Of a stretch of DNA of 64,000 nt, positions 9,337 to 18,261 are shown piece by piece. This DNA is from Candidatus Hydrogenedentota bacterium. Lineage in GTDB: Bacteria > Hydrogenedentota > Hydrogenedentia > Hydrogenedentales > JAEUWI01. Positions within the stretch are counted from its first letter, which is position 1. Each line of letters begins with the position of its first letter. Below the pieces are notes generated by a model. The model was not told the DNA's origin and made no database searches. It saw only the letters and a list, made by a program, of their open reading frames with translations. The position numbers were made by a program, and so were the translations under genes. The stretch spans positions 64,001 to 128,000 of the forward strand of contig JAXMOL010000011.1 of NCBI GenBank assembly GCA_034669905.1. The letters run 5' to 3'.

Positions 9337-10254
9337 ATGACCCCCATTGCGAATTTACGCGGCATCGTCACGGTATTGAACACCCCGTTCAACGCCGACA
9401 ACAGTCTCGACCTGCCGGGACTCCGGCAGAATGTAGAGAACGCCATCCGCGCCGGGGTCGCGGGATTCCTGGTTCCGGCCATGGCGAGTGAGGTGGGCTC
9501 TCTCAGTGAAATTGAGCGTTATGAACTGGTAAAAGCGACGGTGGAAGTCTCTGCTGGTCGCGTGCCCATTATCGGGGGGGCATCGGCCACCGATCAGGCC
9601 ACCCGGATGGAAGCCGCCAATACCCTCATTGACCTGGGCTGTGCGGGCATCCTGGTCAACATGCCCTATGAGAATCCCGGCAGTTACACCAGTCACGTGG
9701 AGGCCCTGGCCGCGTTGGATCCGGGCTTCCTCATGTTGCAGGATTGGGATGCCAATGGCTATGGAATTCCGGTGCCGCTTATCGTGGAGCTCTTCCGAGC
9801 GATTCCCGCCTTCAAGTGTCTCAAGGTGGAAGTGGTCCCTGCGGGTCCCAAATACACCGAGGTGTTAGAGGCGACGGACGGACAGCTCCATGTCTCGGGT
9901 GGCTGGGCCGTTTCCCAGATGATTGAGGGCCTGGAACGGGGAGTCCATGCGTTTATGCCCACGGGGATGCATCCCATCTACTGCACGATTTACAACACCT
10001 ATATGGCAGGCGATCGGGAAGCGGCCCAACAGCTCTTTGAGCGGCTCATGCCCATCCTCGCCTTTTCCAATCAGCACCTGGATATTTCCATCCATTTTTT
10101 TAAGCGGCTGCTTCATGCCCAGGGCATCTACGCCACCGATCAGGTGCGCAGCCCCAAAGTGCGCTTCGACGCCATTCATCAGGCGAACGCCGACCGGCTG
10201 ATCCAGCGCGTGATGGGGTTGGAAGTCGAAGTGGCCGATACAAAGTGGAAGTAA
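9337..10254 (+). CDS. DapA/NanA-like class I aldolase
   Basis: GIVTVLNTPF, ASEVGSLSEIER, GRVPIIGG, Schiff-base Lys in CLKVE; start reset to MTPIA. Confidence 0.85.
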   Translation: MTPIANLRGIVTVLNTPFNADNSLDLPGLRQNVENAIRAGVAGFLVPAMASEVGSLSEIERYELVKATVEVSAGRVPIIGGASATDQATRMEAANTLIDLGCAGILVNMPYENPGSYTSHVEALAALDPGFLMLQDWDANGYGIPVPLIVELFRAIPAFKCLKVEVVPAGPKYTEVLEATDGQLHVSGGWAVSQMIEGLERGVHAFMPTGMHPIYCTIYNTYMAGDREAAQQLFERLMPILAFSNQHLDISIHFFKRLLHAQGIYATDQVRSPKVRFDAIHQANADRLIQRVMGLEVEVADTKWK

Positions 10255-10358
10255 GGAACGGTGCCCCCTTGTTCGCGTAGGGTGTGGCCCTGAAATCGCG
10301 TTAACTCTTTTCGTTAAACGATTGGGGATGTTGCGATACGGTTATTGGATACATGGTG

Positions 10359-10453
10359 CGGGCTTACAGCCCTTTTAATCAATATTTTTTTCGTGCATGG
10401 GGCGACGCCCCGGGAATGAGGGAACGGCATGCCCGCAGAGGGCTGAACGTTCG
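10359..10453. repeat. Degenerate REP-like element, family C
   Basis: cgggcttacagccct ... catggggcgacgcccc ... agggctgaacgttcg; same modules as 25849-26051 and 34861-35049. Confidence 0.6.
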
Positions 10454-10551
10454 ACCCATAAATTGAGAAAGCAACGTTGCGATAGTTTCCCCCTTTTGCG
10501 CGCATGGCAATCGGCACTATCAGAATGGCACCCATTAACAAAGGAATTCCC

Positions 10552-11916
10552 ATGTTATCGAATCGATTTGTCCTTGCCCTATTCGTCCTCCTTGCGGGTT
10601 TCTCGGCCCCCGGTGCCGACTTCGCCCTGGCCACCTTCAACGTGGACGCCACGCCGCCCGTGGGTGCCCCCCTCTGCATCGGAACCCGCAAACCCGTTGT
10701 GGATGTGACCGACCCACTCTCGGCGCGGGGCATCGTGCTCGTCCCCGCCGACCAGTTGCCCATCGTCTTGTGTGCGGTGGATTGGGTAGGCATCGCAAAC
10801 AGTGGCAACACGGCCTGGCGCGAGGCCCTGGCGAAAGCCGCGAACACCACGCCCGACCGGGTCGCTGTCCACGCCCTTCACCAGCACGATGCGCCCTACT
10901 GTGGTTTTGCCATTGAAGATATTCTCACCCCCTATGGCCTCAACGGCAAGGCCTCGGACCCCGACTTCGCACGGACCGTCATCAAGCGGGCCGCCGACGC
11001 AGTTTCCCGGGCGGCGGCCAATCCCGTGACCGTCACGCATATGGGCGTCGGTGAAGCGGTGGTAGAACACATCGCGTCGAACCGACGCATTCTCGGCGCC
11101 GACGGCAAGGTCGCCAAGGTGCGCTTTACGGCCACCAAGAATCCAGAACTCCAGGCGGCCCCCGTGGGCACCATCGACCCCTTCCTGAAGACCGTCACCT
11201 TCTGGGCCAGTGAAACGCCCCTGGCCGTGCTCACCTACTATGCCACCCACCCCCAGAGTCACTATGGACAGGGGCACGTTACCGCCGATTTCGTGGGTAT
11301 GGCGCGCACCGCACGGGAGGAAGCCCTCCATGGCGTGCCCCACATCCACTTTAACGGCGCGGGCGGCAATCTCGGTGCGGGCAAGTGGAACGATGGGAGC
11401 CCGGAGAACCGCCCCCGTCTCGCCGCGCGTCTGGCGGATGGCATGGAGCGGGCCTGGAATGGCGCGACCAAGAACCCTGTGGCCGATCTGACGTTGGATT
11501 GGGCCGTGGAAAAGGTCATTCTTCCGATACGAGAAGACGTCGACGACGACACGGTAGCCACGACCCTCGCGAACACCGAGGAGAAAGAAACCTTCCGCGT
11601 CCGGATGGCCCGCGAGATTGCCTTTCGCGAACGGATGCGCGCCGGAACCCCCATCGTTATCAGCCGTCTACGTTTGGGCGACGTCCAGCTGCTTCACCTG
11701 CCGGGAGAACTCTTTGTGGAATATCAGATTGCCGCCCAGGACATGGCGTCCAATGATTTCGTATGTCTGGCCGCCTACGGGGATTATGGCACGGGCTACA
11801 TCGGCACAGCCGTGGCCTATGGGGAAGGGGGCTACGAGACCAAGATGTACACCTCACGCACGGCCCCGGAGGTCGAAGCGGTCTTGATGGACACGATGAA
11901 GAAGCTGGTGGAGTAA
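10552..11916 (+). CDS. Secreted neutral/alkaline ceramidase-like metallohydrolase
   Basis: Signal peptide, DATPPVG, DPLSARGIVL, HQHDAP, YYATHP, LHLPGELFVEYQ; AAGGA RBS. Confidence 0.7.
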   Translation: MLSNRFVLALFVLLAGFSAPGADFALATFNVDATPPVGAPLCIGTRKPVVDVTDPLSARGIVLVPADQLPIVLCAVDWVGIANSGNTAWREALAKAANTTPDRVAVHALHQHDAPYCGFAIEDILTPYGLNGKASDPDFARTVIKRAADAVSRAAANPVTVTHMGVGEAVVEHIASNRRILGADGKVAKVRFTATKNPELQAAPVGTIDPFLKTVTFWASETPLAVLTYYATHPQSHYGQGHVTADFVGMARTAREEALHGVPHIHFNGAGGNLGAGKWNDGSPENRPRLAARLADGMERAWNGATKNPVADLTLDWAVEKVILPIREDVDDDTVATTLANTEEKETFRVRMAREIAFRERMRAGTPIVISRLRLGDVQLLHLPGELFVEYQIAAQDMASNDFVCLAAYGDYGTGYIGTAVAYGEGGYETKMYTSRTAPEVEAVLMDTMKKLVE

Positions 11917-12020
11917 GGGCTGGACGATATTCCTATTGCCAAGACTGGATTGCGCCTGACTGGAAGTTTTCTGGTTGGTGTAGTCTACACGCCCACCTGA
12001 TATGATCCGACAAAGATCTC

Positions 12021-12218
12021 GTGCCACGCGATACCGAGTAGAACGAGGTTTCGTGTGCGTGGAGCAAACGTATTCTAGCCTGCCTCGAGAGCGGTTTTTA
12101 GTGGGCGTATAAATCCGAAGCAATCCATGGGACGCTCGCTCGAGAAATCCCTTGTAGCGGAATCGTCCCCATTGCTCCATGCACACGAAGTCTCGCAGCA
12201 CTCGACATCGCGTGGCAC
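12021..12218. repeat. REPIN-like inverted repeat pair (47-bp arms, 104-bp spacer)
   Basis: 12021-12067 gtgccacgcgataccgagt...ttcgtgtgcgtggagcaa mirrors 12172-12218 ttgctccatgcacacgaa...actcgacatcgcgtggcac. Confidence 0.8.
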
Positions 12219-12352
12219 AAAGACAACCCGTCACCATAAATATCCCGCCCCAAAAAAAGTAGGAGCTCATATCACTGGTGCGTTGCCATCAAAACTGATA
12301 CAATATTCAGTGACGCTACAGCGGGAAACTTCAGGAAATTTGGGAGTCATAC

Positions 12353-13873
12353 ATGGTTGAATTGATTGGTGCGGCGGCGGCAGGACTCCTGGTGGGTGGG
12401 CTCGTCGCCGCGCTCTGGGTTCAGAGTCGTGCGACGGCAGCGGCGGCCGACCAGGCGTCCAAGTATCGCCACGTTCAGGGGGTATCGGAAGAGCGCTTTC
12501 GCCAGTTTGAGCAACACGCCAGCCAACAGCAGAAAGAGCTGCACCAGGCCCGTCAATCCCTCGAACAATACCGCAGCGCCCTGCAGAATACCCGGGCCCA
12601 CCTGGCCGCCAGCGCGGAGCGCAACAGCCGCCTGCCCGAAATGGAGGCCCAAATAGCCAACGCCCAGGCACGGTGCGACATGCTCCAGGAGGACAACACG
12701 GGCCTGAAGATGCGCGTCGCCGAGCTGGAAACCCTGCTCATCGATGAGCGTCGGGCAAGCAGAGACAAGCTCGCAGTTCTTGACGACGCCCAGAACAGCC
12801 TGCGCGATATGTTCTCGGCCCTTTCCTCTGAGGCCCTCCAGCACAACAACACGTCTTTCCTCGAACTCGCCCGGGAGAACCTGGCCCAGTTTCAGGAAAA
12901 GGCACAGGGCGACCTCACGGCCCGCCAGCAGGCTATCTACGCGCTGGTCAATCCCCTCAAGGAATCGCTGGAGCAGGTCAACGCCCGTATCAATGGCGTG
13001 GAGAAGGAACGGGTCTCCGCCTATGCCCAATTGACGGAGCAGGTCAAAGTGCTGGCGACAGGCCATGCCAACCTGCAGGCCGAAACGGGCAACCTGGTGA
13101 AGGCCCTCCGCGCCCCGGCCACCCGGGGACGGTGGGGCGAGCTCCAGTTGAAGCGGGTTGTCGAACTGGCGGGCATGACAGCCTACTGCGATTTTTCCGA
13201 GCAGGTGAACCTGGCCACCGAAGAGGGCCCCCAACGGCCCGATCTGGTGGTCAACCTGCCCAACAACAAGCGCATCGTCATCGACGCGAAGGTATCCCTC
13301 CAGGCCTACCTCGATGCCCTGGAGTCGGAAGTCGACCTGGAGCAGGGACGTCACCTGAAAGAACATGCGCGGCAGGTAGGGAACCACGTACAACAACTCG
13401 GTGCCAAGGCCTATTGGCGCCAGTTTGAGCAAACCCCCGAGTTTGTCGTGCTCTTTCTTCCGGGCGAGCATTTCTTCAGCGCCGCACTCAGCGAGGCCCC
13501 CGATCTCATCGAGCGGGGTGTCAAGCAAAAGGTCATCATCGCCACGCCCACAACCCTCATTGCCCTCTTGCAGGCCGTGGCCTTTGGCTGGCGGCAGGAA
13601 CAACTCGCTGAGAATGCCCAGGTCATCAGCCAATTGGGACGCCAGCTCTATGACCGCATCCGCACGCTGGCAGAACACTTCGACGATATGCGGAAGGGCC
13701 TCGACCGCGCCAACGGCGCCTACAACAAGGCGGTCGGTACCCTGGAGAGTCGCGTGTTGGTGAGTGCCCGCAAGTTCAAGTCGCTGGGTGCGGGCAAAGG
13801 GGAGGCCTTGCCGGAACTCGACGGGGTGGAACAAGCGCCCCGCGCCTTGCAAATCCCGGAAGACGAAGTCTAA
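12353..13873 (+). CDS. rmuC: DNA recombination protein RmuC
   Basis: N-terminal TM plus coiled coil; [53 protein letters not shown]. Confidence 0.95.
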   Translation: MVELIGAAAAGLLVGGLVAALWVQSRATAAAADQASKYRHVQGVSEERFRQFEQHASQQQKELHQARQSLEQYRSALQNTRAHLAASAERNSRLPEMEAQIANAQARCDMLQEDNTGLKMRVAELETLLIDERRASRDKLAVLDDAQNSLRDMFSALSSEALQHNNTSFLELARENLAQFQEKAQGDLTARQQAIYALVNPLKESLEQVNARINGVEKERVSAYAQLTEQVKVLATGHANLQAETGNLVKALRAPATRGRWGELQLKRVVELAGMTAYCDFSEQVNLATEEGPQRPDLVVNLPNNKRIVIDAKVSLQAYLDALESEVDLEQGRHLKEHARQVGNHVQQLGAKAYWRQFEQTPEFVVLFLPGEHFFSAALSEAPDLIERGVKQKVIIATPTTLIALLQAVAFGWRQEQLAENAQVISQLGRQLYDRIRTLAEHFDDMRKGLDRANGAYNKAVGTLESRVLVSARKFKSLGAGKGEALPELDGVEQAPRALQIPEDEV

Positions 13874-13975
13874 CGGGAGCCTTTCCCGAGAAACGATGGG
13901 CGTGTCACAGTTATCTAAGCATGGGCAAACCCTACCGGACCTCCCCATGGCACCCTGGGCCTACTTGAGTGATGT

Positions 13976-14126
13976 CGGGGTGCCACCCTCAAATACGGGA
14001 GCTCCGCGACCGCCTTTGTGGGTGTAGCTTGGCCAGGTGCACGGGAGTCGTTTTGACGACGGGTAACTTTCAAGCGTCACCCACAAGCTTCTGTGGCTCC
14101 GCCACAACGCTTGAGGGTGGCACCCG
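13976..14126. repeat. REPIN-like element, family A
   Basis: cggggtgccaccctcaa...ttgtgggtg / cacccacaagc...ttgagggtggcacccg; same arms at 27875-28064. Confidence 0.8.
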
Positions 14127-14296
14127 TGGTTCTCTTTGTACGGCTGGGTAGGACTGGCGCCCCCCCCATTGTGTGCCAGAATTTTCGTCCGTCCCTATTG
14201 ACGTTTCCTCCTTCATTCCGTAGTATGGTCGCTTCGCCGCGACCACGGGATGAGCTGTTCCGTCGCGGCCAATCGCGAATGGGAGAGCGAATCACG

Positions 14297-15706
14297 ATGG
14301 ATACCAAGCAAGATCTGCAATCAATTGTCCGGAAGGCCCCAACGGGCTGGTTGCTGCTCATGGCCCTGGGACCGGGCCTCATGTGGTGTGGCGAATACAT
14401 CGGCTCGGGAGAAGTGATTCTTTCCACCCGCTCCGGGGCCATCTTCGGTGTGAGTGTGCTGTGGGTGCCCGTCATGGCCATCGTGGCCAAGTTCTGGATC
14501 GGCCTGGCCGGAGCCCACTATACGGTCACCACCGGTGAAGGCATGATCGACATGATGGGTCGTATGCCCGGGCCAAAGAACTGGGTCATCTGGCCCGTTT
14601 TTTTCTGTCAGGCATGCTCGGCTTCTATTTCGACGGCAGGTGTTGCCAGTGCCGCCGGGGCCTTCGCGGCCTATTTCATTCCCCTATCCCCCGTGCTGCT
14701 GGGCTGGATAGCGGTCTTACTGGTTATCGCCGTCGTGTGGCGGGGGGTCTTCGGCTCGCTGAAACAGGCCATGTCCCTCATGGTGTTGTTCATCATTGTG
14801 GGTACCGTCGCCGTGGCCATCACCACCTGGCCGGGTACGGGTGCCGTACTCCATGGCCTCTTCGGCTTTGAACTGCCCGAAACGCCCGCGTGGGCCTTGG
14901 CTGATGGCCAATCCCCATCCCCCTGGAAAGAGCTCCTTCCCTTGCTGGGTTGGGCCGCCGGTGGCTTTGCCAGCCAGGTCTGGTATACCTATTGGGTGTT
15001 GGGTGCAGGCTATGGCATGGCCAAAGACCAGGGCTATGGCACGCCCATGGACGCCGACAAGCTTAAGCGTCTCACCCACGACGACGTAAAAAACCTCCAG
15101 GGCTGGCGCAGACTCGTCAACCTCGATGCGACGACCGCTGTGGTACTCGGCGTGCTGGTCACCTTGGCCTTTATGATCGCCGGTGCGGGGGTTCTCGGTC
15201 CGAAAGAGCTGGCCCCCAAAGGCCCCGAAGTCGCCTTGGAGTTGTCCCATATTTTCGGCACGCAGTGGGGTACCTTCGGTGCCGGGCTCTTTGTCTTGGC
15301 GGGGCTCGCGGCCATGTTGAGCACCATGATGGGCCAGTTTGCCGGTTGGCCACGCTTGCTCGCTGACTGCGTCCGCCTCCTCGCACCGGCCACCAAACGA
15401 TGGACCTGGAAGGCCCAGTTCCGAGTCTTCCTCATTGCGATAGCCGCGTCCAACATGCTTATTATCTACAACTCGGGCAAAGAGCCGGTGAAGTTGGTCC
15501 AATTCGGTGCCAAGCTCGACGGCCTACTGCTCACCCCCTTGCAGGCCATCGTGGTCGGCTGGGTACTCTATAAGGTGATGCCCACCTTCTTCGCCCCCGA
15601 ACACCGGAAGGCCCTCACCCCCGGTCCCCTGTTGGCCATCGGGCTGGCGTCTGCCTTCCTCATTTTTGGTTTCTTTTGTGTCTCGAAGATGGGTGAAATG
15701 TTTTGA
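14297..15706 (+). CDS. NRAMP-superfamily (MntH/YcsG-like) membrane transporter
   Basis: LGPGL..GEYIGSGEVI..TRSGAIFG; YTVTTGE; about 11 hydrophobic segments; lacks the canonical DPGN motif. Confidence 0.75.
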   Translation: MDTKQDLQSIVRKAPTGWLLLMALGPGLMWCGEYIGSGEVILSTRSGAIFGVSVLWVPVMAIVAKFWIGLAGAHYTVTTGEGMIDMMGRMPGPKNWVIWPVFFCQACSASISTAGVASAAGAFAAYFIPLSPVLLGWIAVLLVIAVVWRGVFGSLKQAMSLMVLFIIVGTVAVAITTWPGTGAVLHGLFGFELPETPAWALADGQSPSPWKELLPLLGWAAGGFASQVWYTYWVLGAGYGMAKDQGYGTPMDADKLKRLTHDDVKNLQGWRRLVNLDATTAVVLGVLVTLAFMIAGAGVLGPKELAPKGPEVALELSHIFGTQWGTFGAGLFVLAGLAAMLSTMMGQFAGWPRLLADCVRLLAPATKRWTWKAQFRVFLIAIAASNMLIIYNSGKEPVKLVQFGAKLDGLLLTPLQAIVVGWVLYKVMPTFFAPEHRKALTPGPLLAIGLASAFLIFGFFCVSKMGEMF

Positions 15707-15737
15707 GACGCACCACGCACTACCACAAAGGTTGTCC

Positions 15738-16778
15738 ATGAAAGCCCTCGTTCTCGAAGACTATAAGCAGTTTGTCTACAAAGACGTGCCCGACCCGAAG
15801 CCCCGCCCCGATGAGGTACTCATTGCGGTGAAAGCCTGCGGTATCTGCGGCAGCGACGTGCATGGCATGGATGGCAGCACGGGCCGTCGGCGCCCCCCGA
15901 TTGTCATGGGCCACGAGGCCGCCGGTGAAATCGTGGAGGTGGGGGCCGATGTCAGCGATTGGCAGGTGGGCGACCGGGTGACCTTTGACTCCACGGTCTA
16001 CTGTGGTACCTGCCACTTCTGTCGCCGGGGCCAGGCCAATCTGTGCGAAGACCGCCGTGTCCTCGGCGTCTCCTGCGCGGACTACAAACAACATGGGGCC
16101 TTTGCCGAGTTCGTTGCCGTACCCGAGCGGGTGCTCTACAAACTGCCCGACGAGCTGAGCTATGAAAAAGCCGCCCTGGTAGAGCCGGTCTCCATCGCCT
16201 TTCATGCCGTAAACCGTACCCCCATGGGGCTTAACAGTTCCGTGGTGGTCTTCGGGGCAGGCATGATTGGTCTATTGACCATCCAGGCCCTGCGCCTCGC
16301 CGGCTATGGCACCATTGTCGCCGTGGATCTCGACCCCGAGAAACTCGAGATAGCCCGTAAAGTCGGGGCGGATTATACCTTCCTCGCCAATGACGTGGAC
16401 CTCATACCCAACATCCTCACCCTGAGCCATGGCCGGGGTGCCGACCGCGTCTTTGAGGCGGTGGGCATTGAGGCCACCGTTAACGCTGCCTTCCAGGCCG
16501 TGCGGAAAGGTGGAGCCATCACCCTCATCGGCAATCTCGCCCCCGAAGTAAACTTCCCCCTCCAGTCGGCGGTGACCCGCGAAATCACGCTCTACGGCGT
16601 CTGTGCCTCCTGTGGCGAATATCCCGCCTGCCTGGATATGATTGCCCGGGGCAGCATCGATGTCGATCCCCTGCTCAGTGCCGTGGCTCCCCTTTCGGAA
16701 GGGGCGAGCTGGTTTGAACGGCTCTACAATAAAGAGCGGGGCCTCATGAAGGTGGTGTTGGTGCCTGACGGCGCGTGA
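15738..16778 (+). CDS. Zn-dependent sugar-alcohol dehydrogenase (galactitol-1-P/L-iditol dehydrogenase-like)
   Basis: CGICGSD, MGHEAAG, CGTCHFC..G..NLC, GAGMIG. Confidence 0.9.
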   Translation: MKALVLEDYKQFVYKDVPDPKPRPDEVLIAVKACGICGSDVHGMDGSTGRRRPPIVMGHEAAGEIVEVGADVSDWQVGDRVTFDSTVYCGTCHFCRRGQANLCEDRRVLGVSCADYKQHGAFAEFVAVPERVLYKLPDELSYEKAALVEPVSIAFHAVNRTPMGLNSSVVVFGAGMIGLLTIQALRLAGYGTIVAVDLDPEKLEIARKVGADYTFLANDVDLIPNILTLSHGRGADRVFEAVGIEATVNAAFQAVRKGGAITLIGNLAPEVNFPLQSAVTREITLYGVCASCGEYPACLDMIARGSIDVDPLLSAVAPLSEGASWFERLYNKERGLMKVVLVPDGA

Positions 16779-16933
16779 GTTCTATGCACGATGCCAAGTC
16801 GTACAGCAGACGGGACGTATGAACAAAGCGCGGACCGGGTCATTCCCGCGGAAGCGTGGGGTATCCTCGCCTCCCCTATTCCGCAGGAGCGGAATGGTAG
16901 GCATTGCTACGGCGGACCGTAGCAACGAGCGGG

Positions 16934-17280
16934 AATTCGTGTTTATTCGCGTCCATTCGTGGTTCAAAACCTTCTCTTCCGTGGAGTTCCGTACTTTCCG
17001 TGGTCAACAGAAGAACAACGCTTCTACCACGGAACACACAGAACTACACGGAAAGTATTGTTACCAGAAATGAGGGGATTGCCGCACGGCTGGCGTGTTG
17101 AATCCTACTGGCATCCGATGTTTCTCATTCCGTCCCAAAGAGCATCAACCATTTTCCGGATATAGAGTTCTTCGAAACGGGAATAGGATGCCGCCATGAA
17201 ACCCCCGCCTACCCTCCCCATCGCGCGGCACGGTTCTTCCTTCCCCTTCACTTCTTCGTGCCCTTCGTGTCCTTCGTGGT
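16934..17280. repeat. Cluster of 9-10-nt periodic triplet repeats (TTCGTG / TTCCGTG / CTTCGTG types)
   Basis: aattcgtgtttattcgcgtccattcgtggttcaa (16934-16967); inverted pair 16976-17004 / 17026-17055; cttcgtgcccttcgtgtccttcgtggt (17254-17280). Confidence 0.75.
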
Positions 17281-17319
17281 AGACTTTCCTCTTTACCCGC
17301 ACCATAACAAGGAAGTCCC

Positions 17320-18105
17320 ATGACCGAAAATCCCTTTGACCTCTCCGGCAAGATTGCCCTCATTACGGGCACCAGCCGTGGCCTCGGCCAGTATATGGGC
17401 CGTGCCCTGGCCCGCGCCGGTGCCGACCTCATCATCACCAGCCGCGACGCCGACAGTCTCGCTCCCTTCCAAGCGGAAATTGAAGCCCTCGGGCGGCGCG
17501 CCTTCCCCGTGTCCCTGGACGTCCGCGACCACGACAGCATCCAGGCCGCCGTGGAAAGGGGGCACGAACACTACGGCCAAATCGATATCCTCGTTAACAA
17601 CGCGGGATGCAATGTGCGGAAGCCCTCCCTCGACATCACGTGGGACGACTGGAATCTCGTGCTCGAGACCAACCTGCGCGGTACCTTTTTTGTGGCCCAG
17701 GCGGTGGCGAAAAAAATGATTGCCCGCAACTATGGCCGCATCATCAACATCGGCTCCGTCACGTCGGTCTTTGGCTACGCCGGACTCGGCCCCTATTGCG
17801 CAAGCCGGGGCGGCACCAGGCAACTCACCATGAGCCTGGCCGACGACTGGGGCCAGCACGGCATCACCGTCAACTGCCTCGCGCCCGGCTGGTTTAAGAC
17901 CGCCCAGAATCAGGTCCTCTATGAAAACAAGGAATGGGTGGAGTACCTCTGCGACCGCATCCCCCTGAAGCGCCCGGGCCAGCCCAACGACCTGGACGGC
18001 ACGACGGTTTTCCTGGCGTCCGACGCGAGCGCCTACATCACGGGGCAGACCATCCTGGTGGACGGTGGCATCTCGACAGGGGCCACGAAAGCGACGGTGG
18101 AGTGA
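17320..18105 (+). CDS. SDR oxidoreductase, gluconate 5-dehydrogenase/KduD-like
   Basis: TGTSRGLG, NNAG, GRIINIGS, YCASRGG (YxxxR in place of YxxxK), ITGQTILVDGG. Confidence 0.88.
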   Translation: MTENPFDLSGKIALITGTSRGLGQYMGRALARAGADLIITSRDADSLAPFQAEIEALGRRAFPVSLDVRDHDSIQAAVERGHEHYGQIDILVNNAGCNVRKPSLDITWDDWNLVLETNLRGTFFVAQAVAKKMIARNYGRIINIGSVTSVFGYAGLGPYCASRGGTRQLTMSLADDWGQHGITVNCLAPGWFKTAQNQVLYENKEWVEYLCDRIPLKRPGQPNDLDGTTVFLASDASAYITGQTILVDGGISTGATKATVE

Positions 18106-18158
18106 GACGGGCCGCTTGCAGGAGCCCTGTAAATACTTGACGCAGCTGCCCCTCTTTT

Positions 18159-18217
18159 GTGGACTGGGTGGACGCTTCTGAAGTGTCCATTTCGTCCACC
18201 AAGTCCACCGCGTCCAC
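18159..18217. repeat. 9-nt periodic GTGGAC/GTCCAC inverted repeat
   Basis: gtggactgggtggac then gtccatttc-gtccaccaa-gtccaccgc-gtccac. Confidence 0.7.
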
Positions 18218-18261
18218 AAGAGTCAGCGAAGCATACATCTAAACCCATTGGAGCCCTCTAC

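Noticed and set aside
10471..10480. GCAACGTTGC palindrome as a LacI-family operator
   Set aside because: Single short site with no regulator nearby; could be chance
11917..12352. Small ORFs between the ceramidase-like gene and rmuC
   Set aside because: No RBS or motifs; the region is better explained by the inverted-repeat element and the rmuC promoter
12353..13873. rmuC or TIGR02757 (33998-34828) as parts of a defence system
   Set aside because: Both are widespread stand-alone genes with no defence partners adjacent
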